Positions 29,381 through 32,000 of a stretch of 32,000 nucleotides of DNA are shown here, piece after piece (position 1 is the stretch's first letter; each line of letters starts with the position of its first letter). The DNA lies in NCBI RefSeq assembly GCF_003367075.2, contig NZ_CP065936.1, positions 3,120,001-3,152,000 on the forward strand, given 5' to 3'. The notes under the pieces are model-generated. The model ran no database searches. It was not told the origin of the DNA and worked only from the letters and a program-made list of their open reading frames with translations. The position numbers and the translations under genes are program-made. The stretch comes from Cylindrospermopsis raciborskii Cr2010. Its GTDB lineage: Bacteria; Cyanobacteriota; Cyanobacteriia; Cyanobacteriales; Nostocaceae.

Positions 29381-29911
29381 ATGAATTCCAACCTAGAAAA
29401 TTTAGAGTTTATTGATTATATTGACCATGGTGGTGAATTACCTATACAACTTGAAGGTAAGATAGGGGTTTACGCAATTTTTAATCAGGAAAAAATTTTG
29501 CAATTCATTGGTTATTCTCGTGATGTTTATCTCAGTTGTAAGCAACATTTAGTTCGTCAACCCCATAAATGTTATTGGTTAAAAGTCCACACTATTGAAC
29601 GTCCTGACCGAAAAATTCTATCGGAGATTGAAAATAGTTGGATTGCCCAAAATGGTAGTTTACCACCGGGTAATGGTGAGCATAAACAAATATGGACTAA
29701 TGCCATTAATGTCCAAGAGCTAATGACTGATACAGAAAAAGAGAATTATCACAATCCATTAATTGATGATTTAGCTAAGACTAAAGTGTTAAAGAATGTA
29801 TCACGTCGAGTAGAGTCAGAAATATTAGAACTGTTGACAGCAAGAGGGTTAAAAACTCAAATTCGCTTTAACCCCAAGTTGAAAGAGGAGGGTTTACTAG
29901 ATTTAAAATAA
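29381..29911 (+). CDS. GIY-YIG-like domain protein
   Basis: 176-aa ORF. The N-terminal third has a GIY-(x10)-YIG-like pattern (GVYAIFNQEKILQFIGYSRDVY). The rest is unrecognised. Confidence 0.6.
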   Translation: MNSNLENLEFIDYIDHGGELPIQLEGKIGVYAIFNQEKILQFIGYSRDVYLSCKQHLVRQPHKCYWLKVHTIERPDRKILSEIENSWIAQNGSLPPGNGEHKQIWTNAINVQELMTDTEKENYHNPLIDDLAKTKVLKNVSRRVESEILELLTARGLKTQIRFNPKLKEEGLLDLK

Positions 29912-30033
29912 CCTCACTTCCAGATGGTAGTGTAATCCGAATTATAATTTAGAGGAGTTCCCTACCCAGGAAAAGACTTCTCTAGTCCAAAATGAATTAT
30001 CATAATTACCTTTAAACAGTCAAACAGATAACC

Positions 30034-31995
30034 ATGCTAGAACAAGGTACTATCAGTATACACACTGAGAATATTTTCCCCATTATCAAGAAATCTCTCT
30101 ATTCCGATCATCAGATATTCCTGCGCGAACTCATATCTAACGCAGTGGATGCGATCCAAAAAATCAAAATGGTCTCCCGTGCTGGGGAATATGGTGGAGA
30201 TATAGGGGAACCGGAAATTACCATTGCCATTGACAAGGAGAAGAAAACCCTTTCTATCTCCGATAATGGTATTGGGATGACTGGGGAGGAAGTAAAAAAA
30301 TATATTAACCAAGTAGCTTTTTCTAGCGCAGAAGAGTTTATTCATAAGTATGAAGGAAAAGCGGATCAACCAATTATTGGTCACTTTGGTTTAGGCTTCT
30401 ATTCCTCCTTTATGGTTGCCAAAAAGGTTGAGATAGATACCCTTTCTTACAAAGAGGGTTCACAAGCAGTACATTGGAGTTGTGATGGTTCACCGGAATT
30501 TACCTTAGATGAATCTTCTCGCAATATTCGTGGTACAACGATTACTTTAACGTTAATGCCCGATGAAGAAGATTATTTAGAGACGGCTAGAATTAAAAAC
30601 TTGGTTAAAACCTACTGTGATTTTATGCCAGTTCCCATAAAACTGGATGGGGAGGTGTTAAATAAACAAAAAGCACCTTGGCGAGAATCTCCCAGCACTT
30701 TGACCCAGGAAGATTATTTGGAGTTTTATCGCTACCTTTATCCCTTTCAGGAAGAACCTTTATTGTGGGTTCATTTGAATACAGATTATCCATTTATTAT
30801 TAATGGAATTTTGTATTTCCCTAAAATGCGTCCTGATGTGGATGTAACCAAGGGACAAACTAAGTTGTTCTGTAATCAAGTTTTCGTCAGTGATAATTGT
30901 GATGAAATCATCCCCCAATTTTTGATTCCTATGCGGGGTGTTATTGATAGTACAGATATTCCTTTGAACGTTTCTCGTAGTGCATTGCAAGGCGATCGCA
31001 CGGTGAGGAAAATAGGAGATTATATCGCTAAAAAGGTAGGTGATAGGCTAAAGGAACTCTATAGGAGCGATCGGGAACAATATATCAAAGCTTGGAAGGA
31101 TTTAGGGACTTTTGTTAAGTTTGGAGTTCTCAATGACGAGAAATTTAAAAAACAAGTGGAAGATATACTTGTTTTCCGAACTACTGCTAAACTCACGGAA
31201 AGTCCTGCACATGAACCAACAGTTGAGGTGCAGTCAGCGGAGAGTGATATTTGGCAAGATGTCAACAAGAGCAACACCAATACTTTGCCCTACACCACCC
31301 TGAAGGAGTATCTGGAGCGGAACAAAGAGCGTCAGGAAAATAAGGTATTTTATAGCACTGATGAAGCTAGCCAAGCTACATATATAGAACTACACAAAAA
31401 TCAAGGTTTAGAAGTTCTATTTATGGACTCATTCATTGATACTCACTTTATTAATTTTCTAGAAAGGGAATATCAGGATGTTAAATTTACCAGGGTAGAT
31501 TCTGACCTAGATAACACATTATTAGATGATAAATCGGGGGAAATTGTAGACCCGACAACACAGAAAACCAAGAGTGAAACCATCAAGGAGTTATTTGAGA
31601 AATCCCTTAACAAACCCAAGGTAAATATTCGGACTGAAGCATTGAAATCCGATGATCCTCAAGGGACACCACCAGCAGTAGTGTTATTACCAGAAATTCT
31701 TCGTCGTCTGCGGGAAATGAATGCCATGATGCAACAACAAAATGCCGATTTTCCTGAAGATCACATTTTGTTGGTGAATACGGCCCATCCTTTGATTCAA
31801 AACCTGGTTAGCTTGAATCAAGGTAGCATTATTCAAGGTAGTGGTGAATCACCAACAGGAAAATTGGTGAAAATGATTTGTCAGCACGTTTATGATTTAG
31901 CGTTGATGTCTCAAAAGGGATTTGATGCAGAGGGGATGAAGTCCTTTGTTGAACGTTCTAACGAGGTGTTAACTAAGTTAACTTCAGCAAGTTAA
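30034..31995 (+). CDS. htpG: molecular chaperone HtpG (Hsp90 family)
   Basis: 653-aa ORF with the GHKL ATPase N-terminus (FLRELISNAVDAIQK, ISDNGIGMT, GHFGLGFYSSFMVA) and Hsp90 middle and C-terminal domains. Confidence 0.95.
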   Translation: MLEQGTISIHTENIFPIIKKSLYSDHQIFLRELISNAVDAIQKIKMVSRAGEYGGDIGEPEITIAIDKEKKTLSISDNGIGMTGEEVKKYINQVAFSSAEEFIHKYEGKADQPIIGHFGLGFYSSFMVAKKVEIDTLSYKEGSQAVHWSCDGSPEFTLDESSRNIRGTTITLTLMPDEEDYLETARIKNLVKTYCDFMPVPIKLDGEVLNKQKAPWRESPSTLTQEDYLEFYRYLYPFQEEPLLWVHLNTDYPFIINGILYFPKMRPDVDVTKGQTKLFCNQVFVSDNCDEIIPQFLIPMRGVIDSTDIPLNVSRSALQGDRTVRKIGDYIAKKVGDRLKELYRSDREQYIKAWKDLGTFVKFGVLNDEKFKKQVEDILVFRTTAKLTESPAHEPTVEVQSAESDIWQDVNKSNTNTLPYTTLKEYLERNKERQENKVFYSTDEASQATYIELHKNQGLEVLFMDSFIDTHFINFLEREYQDVKFTRVDSDLDNTLLDDKSGEIVDPTTQKTKSETIKELFEKSLNKPKVNIRTEALKSDDPQGTPPAVVLLPEILRRLREMNAMMQQQNADFPEDHILLVNTAHPLIQNLVSLNQGSIIQGSGESPTGKLVKMICQHVYDLALMSQKGFDAEGMKSFVERSNEVLTKLTSAS

Positions 31996-32000
31996 ATACT

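Noticed and set aside
1-32000. I looked for tRNA, rRNA or tmRNA genes, CRISPR arrays, NtcA sites (GTA-N8-TAC) in intergenic regions, and a CIRCE element upstream of htpG.
   Set aside because: By eye I found none of the following: a cloverleaf-compatible segment or T-loop consensus in intergenic DNA, regularly spaced direct repeats, exact GTA-N8-TAC in the promoter regions (only N6/N7 near-misses at about 10598 and 18222), or a TTAGCACTC-N9-GAGTGCTAA element. A tRNAscan, Infernal or CRISPR-finder run would be the definitive check.

Overview
This window looks like core chromosome from a cyanobacterium. Three things support that: RNA polymerase beta-prime is split into rpoC1 and rpoC2, the rpsT-tatD-rpoB-rpoC1-rpoC2 order is conserved, and I counted at least 12 copies of the HIP1 palindrome GCGATCGC. 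The AT-rich composition and protein styles suggest a Nostocales-type filamentous strain, but that is inference only.

Genes in order:
- ComEA-like fragment (5' end cut by the window edge)
- lepB
- hemW-like radical SAM gene
- PIN/TRAM protein
- an atypical 737-aa transketolase-family ThDP enzyme
- a small 2OG-Fe(II) oxygenase
- a fructosamine-kinase-family gene split by a 756-bp IS1-family element
- M16 peptidase
- a 239-aa orphan
- crtD-like desaturase
- a 689-aa membrane-anchored helical-repeat protein
- hslO
- a 126-aa orphan
- a universal stress protein
- hisD
- rpsT
- tatD
- rpoB, rpoC1, rpoC2
- a GIY-YIG-like protein
- htpG

I found no tRNA, rRNA or CRISPR array, and no recognisable defence or secondary-metabolite island. 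I see no convincing multi-gene novel system here.

The leads most worth a second look are:
- the apparently recent IS1 insertion, with a clean 8-bp target duplication and an ORF that is restored on excision
- the uncharacterised repeat protein next to hslO
- the divergent transketolase-like enzyme
- several small sequence oddities: a perfect 15-bp tandem duplication abutting a start codon, a 15-bp perfect hairpin, overlapping or abutting convergent gene ends, and a long AT-tract-rich spacer upstream of rpsT

All functional calls come from motif recognition by eye. No database search was run.
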